A stretch of DNA of 64,000 bases from Bacilli bacterium (GCA_022482735.1 JAKVOO010000001.1:1295131-1359130), one strand, 5' to 3'. Positions 1-9,944 are shown, counted from the stretch's first letter. The notes: generated from the sequence alone by a model not told the origin. Made by a program: numbers and translations.

Positions 1-90
1 CAGTTAATTCTTTGTTTTTTATACTACATGTAGTATAATTCATACAGTATTTGCTATTTGGATAGCAAATTTAGAGGAGGATTCTTCAAA

Positions 91-450
91 ATGGCGATAG
101 ATAAGTTAACTCCGTACGGAGGAATTAACATATCAATTGAAGCAGTTGCCTCGGTGGCGGCAGAGGCCGCGCTTGGTTGCTATGGCGTAGTTGGTTTAAC
201 CAAAAAAGATGAATCTTTAGTTGATAATATTAATGTGCTTTTAAAGAGGGAGAACTTTACCGAGGGCGTTGAAGCCCGCCGCACCCGTGATGGGTATGTG
301 GTTGATATATATGTTATCTTAGCTTATGGAGTTAAAATCACGGAGATTGTTGCGGAAATACAGAAGCGGGTCAAGTATGTACTTGAGCAAACTTTTGATA
401 TCCGCTTTTTTGCAATCAACGTTTACATTCAAGGCATTAAGGTAATGTAG
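91..450 (+). CDS. Asp23/Gls24 family protein (YloU-like)
   Basis: GCYGVVG and VDIYVILAYGVKI..V..Q.RVKY motifs; GAGGAGG RBS before ATG 91; canonical position upstream of the DAK2 protein. Confidence 0.9.
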   Translation: MAIDKLTPYGGINISIEAVASVAAEAALGCYGVVGLTKKDESLVDNINVLLKRENFTEGVEARRTRDGYVVDIYVILAYGVKITEIVAEIQKRVKYVLEQTFDIRFFAINVYIQGIKVM

Positions 451-461
451 ACGGAGGAATT

Positions 462-2183
462 ATGAAAGAAATCAATGGTACTACACTGAAACAAATGATT
501 ATTTCCGGGGCCAATAATTTATACAATAATTACCCGGCGATTGATGCTTTAAATGTTTTTCCGGTTCCAGATGGTGACACGGGAATGAATATGAATCTAA
601 CCATCTCCAGTGGGGCGAAAGAAATTGCTAATCGAAACGATGTTGATGTGTTTGAGATTGCTAAGGCTTTTTCTAAAGGCCTATTGATGGGAGCTCGAGG
701 AAACTCGGGGGTTATTACGAGTCAAATTTTTCGGGGCTTTGCAAAGTCGCTTGAAGGCAAAAAAACGATTCGTCCCGTCGATTTTGCTGATGCTTGGATC
801 AGCGGCAAGGAAGTTGCTTATAAGGCGGTTATGCGCCCTGTTGAAGGAACAATTTTGACGGTGGTTCGTGAATCGGCTCAAGCTTTGGCCGATGTCGTTA
901 ATAATGATTGGTCAATTGAGAAATGTATGAAGTTTCTTATTGAGGAGGCGAAAGCCTCATTAGAGAGAACTCCTGATTTGCTTCCGATTTTAAAAGAGGT
1001 GGGAGTTGTCGATAGTGGTGGTGCTGGACTGGTTACTATTCTCGAAGGTATGCAATCGGGGCTTTTAGGCAATATCATTCAAAAGAGTCAAGCCACTGCA
1101 GTGGAAGAAGCTCCAAAGCAAACCCCTGTGATGGCGGGAGCGAAGGTTGAAGGGGATGAATTCGGCTATTGTACCGAGTTTATCATGCGCTTAGGACCCG
1201 AAGACAGCAAACGACCTTTCGTTGAGAAACGTTTTAGTAATGTTTTGAATAGCCATGGAAATTCTATCGTTATCGTACGGGATGATAATATTGTTAAAGT
1301 CCATATCCACACACTCAGCCCAGGAAATGTTCTTTCATATGCTCAACAATTTGGCGAATTTATCACGTTGAAAGTTGAGAACATGAGCGAACAACATAAT
1401 CATTTAGAAGAGGGAGCCGAAAAACAGAGTGGTAAGGCTCATCCAAAGGCTAAGCAAGATGACAGTTTGAACTTACACAAGACTCATTCTAAAGTCGAGA
1501 AGAAGGAAGAATTAAAAGATTACGCCCTTATTGCGGTGGCAGCTGGCGATGGGCTGGAAGAACTTTTTAAACAGTACCGTGTTGATTACGTAGTTAAGGG
1601 TGGTCAGACGATGAATCCATCAACGGAGGATTTTATAGAAGCCATCCGTAATGTAAAAGCTAAAAATATCTATATTTTGCCCAACAATAGCAACATTATT
1701 ATGGCGGCAGCCCAAGCTTGTGATGTCTTAGAGGAAAATAGCGGCTCGGTTGCCAAGGTTATTCCTAGCAAAACGATACCTCAAGGCTTGGTGGCAGCGA
1801 TGAATTTTAACCCTGATGTCTCACCGGAAGAAAACTTTCACGAGATGAGTGCGGCGCTTACAACCGTTAAAACCGGATTGGTGACCTATGCCACTAAAGA
1901 CACGACTATCGACGGCTTAAGTGTTCGGAAAAACGATTTTATGGGCATTCAAGATAAGAAGATAGTTCTCTGTGGCCGCAATCTTATCGATGCGACTTAT
2001 AATCTTATAAAAGGCATGATTGATGAACTCTCGTCTATCGTCACAATTATTGTGGGCGAGGACGTGAAAGATAAGGACAAAGAGCAATTGGTTTCTCGAC
2101 TTGAATCCGAAAACCCCGATGTCGAGTTTGCCGTCGAAACGGGGGGACAGCCAGTTTATTATTTTATTGTCGGTGTCGAATAA
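462..2183 (+). CDS. fakA: DAK2-domain fatty acid kinase catalytic subunit (YloV/FakA)
   Basis: LNVFPVPDGDTG, GARGNSGVI, VVDSGG, YCTEF, GGQTMNPS, GGQPVY motifs. Confidence 0.92.
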   Translation: MKEINGTTLKQMIISGANNLYNNYPAIDALNVFPVPDGDTGMNMNLTISSGAKEIANRNDVDVFEIAKAFSKGLLMGARGNSGVITSQIFRGFAKSLEGKKTIRPVDFADAWISGKEVAYKAVMRPVEGTILTVVRESAQALADVVNNDWSIEKCMKFLIEEAKASLERTPDLLPILKEVGVVDSGGAGLVTILEGMQSGLLGNIIQKSQATAVEEAPKQTPVMAGAKVEGDEFGYCTEFIMRLGPEDSKRPFVEKRFSNVLNSHGNSIVIVRDDNIVKVHIHTLSPGNVLSYAQQFGEFITLKVENMSEQHNHLEEGAEKQSGKAHPKAKQDDSLNLHKTHSKVEKKEELKDYALIAVAAGDGLEELFKQYRVDYVVKGGQTMNPSTEDFIEAIRNVKAKNIYILPNNSNIIMAAAQACDVLEENSGSVAKVIPSKTIPQGLVAAMNFNPDVSPEENFHEMSAALTTVKTGLVTYATKDTTIDGLSVRKNDFMGIQDKKIVLCGRNLIDATYNLIKGMIDELSSIVTIIVGEDVKDKDKEQLVSRLESENPDVEFAVETGGQPVYYFIVGVE

Positions 2184-2188
2184 TAATT

Positions 2189-2216
2189 AGGGAGATTTAT
2201 CTCCCTTTTTCTTTTT
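2189..2216 (+). terminator. Intrinsic terminator after fakA
   Basis: agggaga-ttta-tctccct hairpin followed by T run. Confidence 0.8.
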
Positions 2217-2220
2217 ATAA

Positions 2221-2249
2221 TTGAGTGATTAGGCAATAAAACATATAAT
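2221..2249 (+). promoter_or_regulatory. sigma-A promoter of recG (apparently leaderless)
   Basis: TTGAGT-N17-TATAAT, 6 nt before ATG 2256, no SD. Confidence 0.65.
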
Positions 2250-2255
2250 TTACAT

Positions 2256-4250
2256 ATGGATAAACTAACTGGTAGCGATCGGATTAAAGAAGCGTTGAAC
2301 AAGATGGGCATCGAGTCCTTTTACGATGTTATTTATCATTTGCCGCGATCATATGATAGTTTTTTTGTCACGGAAGAAACAAATTTAAAGCCCAAAGAAC
2401 GCGTGGTCCTTGTCGGTCAGTTAGCTGGAGTTCCTACTTTTTCCCGACACGACCGAATCACATTGGTTTCCTTTCCTTTTGTGACAAAGAAAAAGCATTA
2501 TTATCGAATAGTGGCTTTTAATCGACCTTATCTATTAAAAACCATAAAAATGGGTGATATTTACACGCTAGTTGGCACCTTCAATCAATTTAAAAATGAA
2601 ATTAATTTGCAGACCATAATTCGCGGGGAAATGGATGATAGTCATCGCCTGCGTCCCGTTTACTCATTACCGATTAATTTATCTAATTTTGAGTTTATTC
2701 GATTAGTGGAGAAGAGTTTTGCCCATATAAATCATAATATTGATGATTATTTGCCGATAAAAATGGCTGAGAAATATCATTTTTTTAGTGAAGAAGAGTC
2801 GCTTAAAATGATTCATTTTCCTCGTACTTACGAAGATATAAGATTGGGACTAAGGCGCTTAAAGTACGAAGAAGCACTGTTGTTTTCATTAAAAACGGGA
2901 ATTATCCGTGAGGAAAATAAAACTTTGGCTAAAACCAATAAGCAACCGATACCGCTGAAGGAAGTCAATCAAATAGTGGCTTCCCTTCCCTATCATTTAA
3001 CCAGTGATCAACTGAAGGCAATCCGGGAAATAATTCTTGATATGAATGAAACATCACTTATGTATCGACTTCTTCAGGGGGATGTTGGGACAGGAAAAAC
3101 TTTGGTGGCTGCGATTGCCCTTTATGCTAACTTTCTTCGTCATGATCAAGGGGTAATACTTGTACCTACAGATATTTTAGCTAGACAGCACTATAACTAT
3201 TTGCAAAAACTGCTTTCGCCCTTTGCGGTTCGTGTATCTTTATTAATTGGCAGTCTGCCACCGGAAGAGAAAAATCAACTCCACAAGAAAATTGAAGCGG
3301 GTGAAGTCGATATTGTTGTTGGTACCCACGCGCTTTTTTCTGAAGGAGTTAATTATCATTCGCTTGGTTTGGCCATTATTGATGAGCAACACCGATTTGG
3401 GGTTAATCAACGCCAATCTTTAGCGGGTAAAGGCGATCATACTGATCTACTCTTAATGTCGGCGACGCCAATACCGAGAACCTTGTCATTAACAATATAC
3501 GGTGACCTAGATGTGACAACGCTTAAGGAATTTCCTGGAGCCAAAAGAAACATTGTCACCCAAATAACCGATAGTTCAGACCCGAATATTTTCTTTCAAG
3601 TTCATCGGGCGCTAATTAACGATGAGCAAGTGTTTATAATTGCCCCGCGTATTGAAAGCACTTCTAAAAAGGATGAATTAAATTCAACCGAAGAAATATA
3701 TCGACTATATGCCAAAGAGTTTGGTGATGAAGTGGTGATGGTCCACGGGCAGATGGGCGATGAAGAAAAAAATCTATCCTTTGCTGCTTTTAGTCAGAAA
3801 AAATCCCATATTCTCGTAGCTACGAGTATTATTGAAGTCGGGATTGATGTTCCTAACGCAACTTTAATGGTTATTTATTCTCCGGAAAACTTCGGTTTAG
3901 CAAGTCTGCATCAATTGCGGGGACGAATTGGAAGAAGAGGGCAAAAAGCGCACTGCTTACTTGTTGCTAGCAACCAAGACGACGAGCGTCTAAAAGCGCT
4001 AGAAGCAAGTAACGATGGATTTAAAATAGCGGAAGAAGACTTAAGACTCCGTGGACCAGGACAAATGGAAGGAACACGGCAAAGTGGACTTCCCGATTTT
4101 GCTTATTTGAACCTTATTCAAGACTTTAAAATAATTGAAGCTGCGCACGCGGATGCCAAGCAAATTTTAGAGGCCAATGATATCGAAAGTAAAAAAATAA
4201 TCGCTCGCGCCCAAGAAGAAATTATTCGTAATAGTTTTACAAACGTCTAA
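2256..4250 (+). CDS. recG: ATP-dependent DNA helicase RecG
   Basis: QGDVGTGKT, DEQHRFGV, SATPIPRT, LHQLRGRIGR, DLRLRGPG. Confidence 0.95.
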   Translation: MDKLTGSDRIKEALNKMGIESFYDVIYHLPRSYDSFFVTEETNLKPKERVVLVGQLAGVPTFSRHDRITLVSFPFVTKKKHYYRIVAFNRPYLLKTIKMGDIYTLVGTFNQFKNEINLQTIIRGEMDDSHRLRPVYSLPINLSNFEFIRLVEKSFAHINHNIDDYLPIKMAEKYHFFSEEESLKMIHFPRTYEDIRLGLRRLKYEEALLFSLKTGIIREENKTLAKTNKQPIPLKEVNQIVASLPYHLTSDQLKAIREIILDMNETSLMYRLLQGDVGTGKTLVAAIALYANFLRHDQGVILVPTDILARQHYNYLQKLLSPFAVRVSLLIGSLPPEEKNQLHKKIEAGEVDIVVGTHALFSEGVNYHSLGLAIIDEQHRFGVNQRQSLAGKGDHTDLLLMSATPIPRTLSLTIYGDLDVTTLKEFPGAKRNIVTQITDSSDPNIFFQVHRALINDEQVFIIAPRIESTSKKDELNSTEEIYRLYAKEFGDEVVMVHGQMGDEEKNLSFAAFSQKKSHILVATSIIEVGIDVPNATLMVIYSPENFGLASLHQLRGRIGRRGQKAHCLLVASNQDDERLKALEASNDGFKIAEEDLRLRGPGQMEGTRQSGLPDFAYLNLIQDFKIIEAAHADAKQILEANDIESKKIIARAQEEIIRNSFTNV

Positions 4251-4303
4251 AGGTTTTTCATTTTTTGTGGCTATGGTAAAATAGAAAGGCACGAGGTGAA
4301 TTT

Positions 4304-5287
4304 ATGAAAATAGTCGTGGATATGATGGGCTCGGATTTAGGTAGTTCGGCTACCTGTCAAGGGGTTGAGTTGTTTATTAAAAATCATCCAGATGTGGAAC
4401 TTATTTGTGTCGGAAAAGAAGCGGAACTGAGTTCACTAATTGGAAAAGTAAAAATTGTTAACGCCCCCGATGTCGTTTTAATGACGGCCGGGGTAATGGA
4501 AGTCCTTAGAGCAAAAAACTCTTCGATGATGGTGGCGATAAAAGAAGCGCTTGAGCAAGACGCGGATGCGATTGTTAGCGCTGGATCAACGGGAGGATTT
4601 CTTTCGGCGACAACTTTAAAGATAAAACTGATTGACGGGGTCGAAAGAGCAGCGATTGTATCTCCCTTTCCAACGGCAATCAAAGGTCAGAAAGCTGCCG
4701 TTTTGGACATCGGGGCTTCCAATGAAAATACGGCCGATCAGCTGGTTCAATTTGCCCTTATGGGGCGAATTTATGCGCGCGCCGTTTTTAAAAAGGAAGA
4801 ACCGTCGATTTTTCTTTTGAGCAATGGTTCGGAAGATGAAAAAGGCACCCCCGAGATTAAGGAAGCTCATCAGAAACTTAAAGCGATGAATTTTCCTGGT
4901 TTTATGGGAAATGTCGAGGCCCGAGAGGCACTTGATGGTCGGGCAGATGTGATTGTCACTGGTGGATTTGCCGGAAATATCTTCTTAAAGGCAACCGAAG
5001 GCATCGCCAAGATGATGAGTTCAATGATTAAGAAAGCTTTTAAGCGATCGGTCGCGAGTAAGATCGGTTACTTGTTATCAAAAAAAGGTTTTAAAGAGAT
5101 GAGCCAGACAATGGATTATAAATCAACCGGGGGAGCTATGCTTCTCGGTATAAATAAGGTGGCGGTTAAAGCACATGGAAATAGCGATGCTGTCGGTTTT
5201 AATGGCGGCTTAGAAGTTGCCTACCGGATGGCAGCGGCTAAAATTGTTGAACAGTTGAAAGAGGGAATTAGTAATGAAAGACGTTAA
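4304..5287 (+). CDS. plsX: Phosphate acyltransferase PlsX
   Basis: VDMMGSD, VSAGSTG, LDIGA, GNVEAR, KAHGNSD. Confidence 0.93.
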   Translation: MKIVVDMMGSDLGSSATCQGVELFIKNHPDVELICVGKEAELSSLIGKVKIVNAPDVVLMTAGVMEVLRAKNSSMMVAIKEALEQDADAIVSAGSTGGFLSATTLKIKLIDGVERAAIVSPFPTAIKGQKAAVLDIGASNENTADQLVQFALMGRIYARAVFKKEEPSIFLLSNGSEDEKGTPEIKEAHQKLKAMNFPGFMGNVEAREALDGRADVIVTGGFAGNIFLKATEGIAKMMSSMIKKAFKRSVASKIGYLLSKKGFKEMSQTMDYKSTGGAMLLGINKVAVKAHGNSDAVGFNGGLEVAYRMAAAKIVEQLKEGISNERR

Positions 5288-5948
5288 GATTTTACTGGAA
5301 CAACTTAAAATTACTCCCCACAACTTAGAAAATTATGAATTAGCCATGACCCATTCATCCAAGAATGGTGATCGAAACATCCGTCATCATGATTATGAGC
5401 GTTTAGAATTTATCGGGGATGCCGTTATCGGTCTTGTCGTGGCCGAGCTCGCCTTTACAAAAAGAGGCGATTTGAGCCAGGGCATGATGAGTAAAATGCG
5501 TTCGCAACTAGTTAATACGCAGGCACTGTCAAAACATGCAAGAAGACTCTATTTGGATCAATATATCGTATTGGGTAATTCTTTGAATGGGACAGTTACC
5601 GACCACATTCTTGAAGATGTTTTTGAGGCCTTTACAGGGGCGATATACCTCGATCAGGGATTTAGTGTGGCTCATGACTATTTAGAAGATAAATTTGTCA
5701 ATGAAGTTGTGCATTTTGATATTGGCAAAGTTCGCGATTATAAGTCGGCTCTTCAAGAGGCCATGCAAGCGGAACATCGGCAGGCCATAAGGTATGAAGC
5801 AAAAGTCGAGGGCCCTTCGCACGCGCCTATGTATTTAGTGGAAGTTATCTATGGCGAAACGATTTTGGGGCGCGGAAAAGGAACAACCAAAAAGGCCGCT
5901 GAGCAAGAAGCCGCTAAAGATGCCTTGAAAAAGATGGCTAAGGTGTAA
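5274..5948 (+). CDS. rnc: Ribonuclease III
   Basis: ERLEFIGDAVI signature, DVFEAF, C-terminal dsRBD (DYKSALQE...KKAAEQEAA). Confidence 0.95.
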   Translation: MKDVKILLEQLKITPHNLENYELAMTHSSKNGDRNIRHHDYERLEFIGDAVIGLVVAELAFTKRGDLSQGMMSKMRSQLVNTQALSKHARRLYLDQYIVLGNSLNGTVTDHILEDVFEAFTGAIYLDQGFSVAHDYLEDKFVNEVVHFDIGKVRDYKSALQEAMQAEHRQAIRYEAKVEGPSHAPMYLVEVIYGETILGRGKGTTKKAAEQEAAKDALKKMAKV

Positions 5949-5949
5949 T

Positions 5950-6937
5950 ATGGGGTTATTTAATTTTTTAAAAAGTAAATTTAGCGGAAAAAAGCAAAAA
6001 AATGATGCGCAAAAATATGTTGTTGGAATGCAAAAATCGCGTTCGAGTTTTGGTGATCGCCTAAAAAGTTTAGCTGGTCGCTACAAAAATATTAATGATG
6101 CATATTTTGACGAATTAGCGGAAATTTTAATTGAGGCTGATGTGGGGACAAAACTAACTTTCTCAATCATAGAGGCCACTAGAGAAGATGCTCAAAAGGA
6201 GAAATTAAGTGATCCTCAGACAATAAACGAACTCGTTGTCGACAAAATGTTTATCAGTTATGTTCAAACTGGGGAGTCAATTGTTAACGAAATTGAATTT
6301 ACTCCCAACGAAACTAAAGTATTGATGATGGTGGGAGTAAATGGTGTTGGCAAGACAACAACAATAGCCAAACTAGCACATCGTTATCAAGCACAGGGTA
6401 AAAAAGTAATGCTGGCCGCGGCGGATACATTTCGCGCCGGCGCGATAGAGCAGCTTAAAGTGTGGGCTGATCGTCTTCATTTACCCATTATTACCAGGCA
6501 AAGATGGAGTCGACCCTGCCAGCGTCGTCTACGATGCGGTGATTGCCGCCCAAAAAGAAAAAATAGATTTGCTGATAGTCGATACCGCCGGCCGGCTTCA
6601 AACAAAAGTTAATCTAATGGCCGAGTTAAGCAAAATGCGCCGAGTAATCAGCAAAGAGCTGCCGGGCGAGCCATCAGAGGTATTTCTTGTAATTGATGCT
6701 ACAACTGGTCAAAATGGGGTAATTCAAGCAAAAGCGTTCGCTGAGGCCACGGGTATTACAGGTATTGTTATCACAAAGATGGACGGAACGGCCAAAGGTG
6801 GTATTATTTTAGCCATCCGGGATGAACTCGGAATACCAGTTCGTTTCATCGGCCTTGGTGAAGGAATGGATGATTTAACCGAATTTGATTTAGACCAATA
6901 TTTGTATGGTCTATGTTTAGGAGATGATATTCAATGA
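5950..6937 (+). CDS. ftsY: SRP receptor FtsY (split by a +1 insertion near 6496, probably a sequencing error)
   Basis: ORF 5950-6612 has GVNGVGKTTT and DTFRAGA; ORF 6539-6937 has DTAGRLQ and TKMDGTAKGG; removing one base gives a 328-aa protein. Confidence 0.92.
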
Positions 6938-7191
6938 TAGTTTCTTTTTTAATTTCTTTAGCGATAGTTATCGGCATCAATGCGGTAGTAACTATTATCA
7001 TGGGTTTGGTGGGAGCACCGCTTTATATTGTTTTGATTGCGTCGTCTTTAGCCATTGCTTTTTTCTTTGCAATGATAAATTTCCGCCATGCTCCAGGGGG
7101 AAGACTGAAGAATCCAGCTTTTCACCGTTATTTTGTTACCAATTTTATTTTTTTGCTAATCATAAACTATATTTTTAATTTTTTAATATAA
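6934..7191 (+). CDS. Small membrane protein (about 3 hydrophobic segments), unknown function
   Basis: ATGA overlap with ftsY stop, hydrophobic sequence, fills gap to ylxM. Confidence 0.65.
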   Translation: MIVSFLISLAIVIGINAVVTIIMGLVGAPLYIVLIASSLAIAFFFAMINFRHAPGGRLKNPAFHRYFVTNFIFLLIINYIFNFLI

Positions 7192-7200
7192 AGGAATTAT

Positions 7201-7527
7201 ATGGCATCACTAGAAAAGACAATTTATATAAATCGTTTACTTGATATTTATGGGAGTCTTTTATCACCCGCGCAGCGAGAAATCATGGTTGATTATTTTG
7301 AGTATAACTTGTCATTAAGTGAAATTGCTGAGAATCGCTCTTCAAGTCGAACTGCCGTGAGTGATGCAATACGGAAGGGAAGCAAAAAACTCGCATATTA
7401 TGAAGATCAGTTGCATATTTTGAAAGAAAAAGAAGAAGTGGCGACCCTATTAAAAAAGATAAAGCAAAATGGGGTTGAAGAAAGTGTTATCGAGCAGATT
7501 GAGAGGATAATTAATTATGGCCTTTGA
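7201..7527 (+). CDS. ylxM: YlxM-family HTH protein (SRP-associated)
   Basis: LLDIYGSLL..Q...YFEYNLSLSEIAE...SRTAVSD; directly upstream of ffh. Confidence 0.9.
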   Translation: MASLEKTIYINRLLDIYGSLLSPAQREIMVDYFEYNLSLSEIAENRSSSRTAVSDAIRKGSKKLAYYEDQLHILKEKEEVATLLKKIKQNGVEESVIEQIERIINYGL

Positions 7528-8848
7528 TAGTTTAAGTGATCGTTTAAAAGGTATTATCAAGTCGTTAAAAGGACAATCGCGACTTACTGAAAATAATATG
7601 GATGCCATGCTAAAAGAGATTCAAATGGCTCTTTTAGAAGCGGATGTAAATTTTAAAGTAGTACGTGAGTTTATTGCTTCAATCAAGGAAAAAGCTTTAG
7701 GTGCGAAAGTGCTTGAAGAACTTAATCCCTCACAGACGGTGGTAAAAATCGTTCGTGAAGAATTGATTGCTCTTTTTGGTGAGGATGTGAGCGGCTTCAC
7801 CTATAAAAGTCATCCTTCCGTTATCATGCTTGTAGGTCTTCAGGGAACAGGAAAGACTACCACAGCTGGAAAGATAGCTAAATACATGCGAGCGGATGAC
7901 AAGAAAAATCCGCTTCTTGTTGCTGCAGATATATATCGTCCAGCGGCTATTGACCAGTTACGCACTATTGCTAATGATAATCAATTGTCCTTTTTTACTC
8001 TTGGCGACAAAGTAAAGCCAGAAGACATTGCAATAAAGGCTTTAGAGAAAGCTAAAGAGGAAAAATACGATGCGGTGATTGTTGATACTGCCGGTCGACT
8101 TCATATTGATGATCAACTTATGGATGAACTTAAAGAGATAAAAAATCGGACCCATCCCGATGAAATTCTTCTCTTAGTAGACGCTATGAGTGGACAAGAT
8201 GCAGTTAATACCGCCCTCGCTTTTTACGAAAAAGTGGGAGTGACAGGGGTTATAATGAGCAAACTTGATGGCGATGCTCGCGGAGGTGCGGCCCTTAGCA
8301 TCCGGAAATTAACGGGAGTACCAGTAAAATTTATTGGTACAGGCGAAAAAATTGACGACTTAGAAGCCTTCCACCCCGAACGGATGGTTGATCGGATTTT
8401 GGGAATGGGAGATGTGGTTACACTCATTGAACAGGCGCAAAAGAAAATCGACGAGAAGGAAGCTAAAAAAACGGCCAATCGAATGATGAAAGGCGAATTT
8501 GATCTTAATGATATGCTTGCTCAATTGAAACAATTAAATAAGTTGGGCTCCTTAGGAGGAATTTTAAAGTTAATACCGGGAATGCCCAAAATTTCGCCTG
8601 AACAGCAAGCGATAGCGGAAAAAGAAATGAAAAACATGGAAATTATTATTAATTCGATGACGCCTGAAGAACGGGCGCATCCAGATATTCTTCGTAATTC
8701 CCGTAAAGTCCGGATTGCTAAAGGGTCAGGCAAAACAAGTGCGGATATTAATCGAGTAATTAAGAAATGGGAGCAGAGCAAAGAGATGATGAAGATGATG
8801 AAGAACTACCAAAAGGGAGGTAAAATTCCACCAGGGGGAATGTTCTAA
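7517..8848 (+). CDS. ffh: Signal recognition particle protein Ffh
   Basis: [29 protein letters not shown], Met-rich M domain. Confidence 0.96.
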   Translation: MAFDSLSDRLKGIIKSLKGQSRLTENNMDAMLKEIQMALLEADVNFKVVREFIASIKEKALGAKVLEELNPSQTVVKIVREELIALFGEDVSGFTYKSHPSVIMLVGLQGTGKTTTAGKIAKYMRADDKKNPLLVAADIYRPAAIDQLRTIANDNQLSFFTLGDKVKPEDIAIKALEKAKEEKYDAVIVDTAGRLHIDDQLMDELKEIKNRTHPDEILLLVDAMSGQDAVNTALAFYEKVGVTGVIMSKLDGDARGGAALSIRKLTGVPVKFIGTGEKIDDLEAFHPERMVDRILGMGDVVTLIEQAQKKIDEKEAKKTANRMMKGEFDLNDMLAQLKQLNKLGSLGGILKLIPGMPKISPEQQAIAEKEMKNMEIIINSMTPEERAHPDILRNSRKVRIAKGSGKTSADINRVIKKWEQSKEMMKMMKNYQKGGKIPPGGMF

Positions 8849-8856
8849 TTATTTAT

Positions 8857-8881
8857 AAGTGGTGTTGCCACCACTTTTTTT
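8857..8881 (+). terminator. Intrinsic terminator after ffh
   Basis: aagtggtg-ttgc-caccactt plus T run. Confidence 0.85.
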
Positions 8882-8883
8882 AC

Positions 8884-9058
8884 AAAAAAAGGCCCGATTA
8901 GGGGCCGAGGAAACTGCCACGAACGGCAGCACATTTAGGGAAGGCACTCATTGAAAGTTCAGATGTGCCCGCAGGCTTTTCAAGGAGGTTCCGCTCAAAT
9001 TGGTTAAATTAATAAAGCCCCAAGGCTATACGGGATTTTTTTACTGAAAAAAGGGCTT
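8884..9058 (-). ncRNA. Candidate structured ncRNA with 6S-RNA-like rod and central bubble
   Basis: Own promoter (TTGATA-N17-TATTGT, extended TG) and terminator (ggccc..gggcc + T7); hand-folded long imperfect stem with AU-rich bubble and a UUCG hairpin; no credible ORF. Confidence 0.5.
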
Positions 9059-9093
9059 GTTGCTACAATAGCACAAGCCCTTTAAAATATCAA
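9047..9093 (-). terminator. uppP terminator hairpin overlapping a sigma-A promoter
   Basis: aagggcttg-tgct..agca-a-caagccctt + T run on minus strand; -35 at 9093-9088, -10 at 9070-9065. Confidence 0.7.
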
Positions 9094-9104
9094 TATTTCT
9101 TTTT

Positions 9105-9944
9105 TTAAGCAATGGCTACGAAGTAATAAATAATCGTAAAAAGCGAAATCGCAAACATATAATAAGCAAAGTAGGGATATTGCTTGGTGGAAAAACGCTT
9201 AAATATATATTTCAAAGCCAAAAGTGTAAAGACGAAGGCGGCGACCATTCCGGTAATGTATAGTGGAATTTGATTGCTGCCAGCCAGGCCGGAAAGATTG
9301 TCGAGAGAAAAAATAAAGCTACCAAAAGCGACGGGGATAAATAGTAAAAAAGCAAATTCTTTGGCGTGGTTATCATCGAGACCGGCAATTTTGGCACCAC
9401 TCATCGTAATGCCACTTCGCGAAATGCCAGGCATTACACCAATACACTGAAATAAACCCGCCATAAGTGTATTTTTCCATGTGTATTTATCCCGACCCGT
9501 TTTTTTAAACAGAAAGCTTACGGCGAGAAGAACTAAGCCAGTGATAGCAAAATCAATGCCGATAAAAAGCAAATTTCCAAAAATTGAAGCGATTTTATCT
9601 TCTAAAAAGATACCGACGATAGCAACGGGGATGGATGCGATTATCAAATAAATAAAAGTCATAAAGTCGGGTTTAGCTAGTGAGCGCCTTGCGGGATCAT
9701 GGGTGAAAAGATAAGTGAATACCCCCTTGATAAGCCGAATAATTATTGGCCACATAAAAATAATGAGTGCCAATAAGGAGGCAAAGTGAAGAAAAACGGT
9801 GAACACTTCCAACTGATTGCCCGAAAATTGAATTTGTAGAAGGCTTTCGGCTAAAGCTAGATGACCAGAACTACTAATAGGTAAAATTTCGGCAACACCT
9901 TGAACAAGGCCTAAAATAAAGTATTTGATGTATTCGATAAACAT
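9105..9944 (-). CDS. uppP: Undecaprenyl-diphosphatase UppP/BacA
   Basis: GLVQGVAEILPISSSGHL and PGISRSG motifs, polytopic membrane protein. Confidence 0.93.
   Translation of the reverse strand: MFIEYIKYFILGLVQGVAEILPISSSGHLALAESLLQIQFSGNQLEVFTVFLHFASLLALIIFMWPIIIRLIKGVFTYLFTHDPARRSLAKPDFMTFIYLIIASIPVAIVGIFLEDKIASIFGNLLFIGIDFAITGLVLLAVSFLFKKTGRDKYTWKNTLMAGLFQCIGVMPGISRSGITMSGAKIAGLDDNHAKEFAFLLFIPVAFGSFIFSLDNLSGLAGSNQIPLYITGMVAAFVFTLLALKYIFKRFSTKQYPYFAYYMFAISLFTIIYYFVAIA

Noticed and set aside
6924-7178. Alternative 84-aa ORF overlapping 6934-7191
   Set aside because: Shadow frame with atypical composition; the 6934 frame has translational coupling and TM character.
8951-8996. raiA-motif-like (ttgaaagt..gatg..cgcaggc) or T-box-like (aaggaggttccgc) similarity
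   Set aside because: Only short partial matches. The T-box needs GGTGG and a downstream gene, and promoter, terminator and UUCG loop favour the opposite strand.
8884-9058. SRP (4.5S/scRNA) gene next to ffh
   Set aside because: The conserved helix-8 motif (CAGG..GGAA..AGCAG) is absent on both strands.
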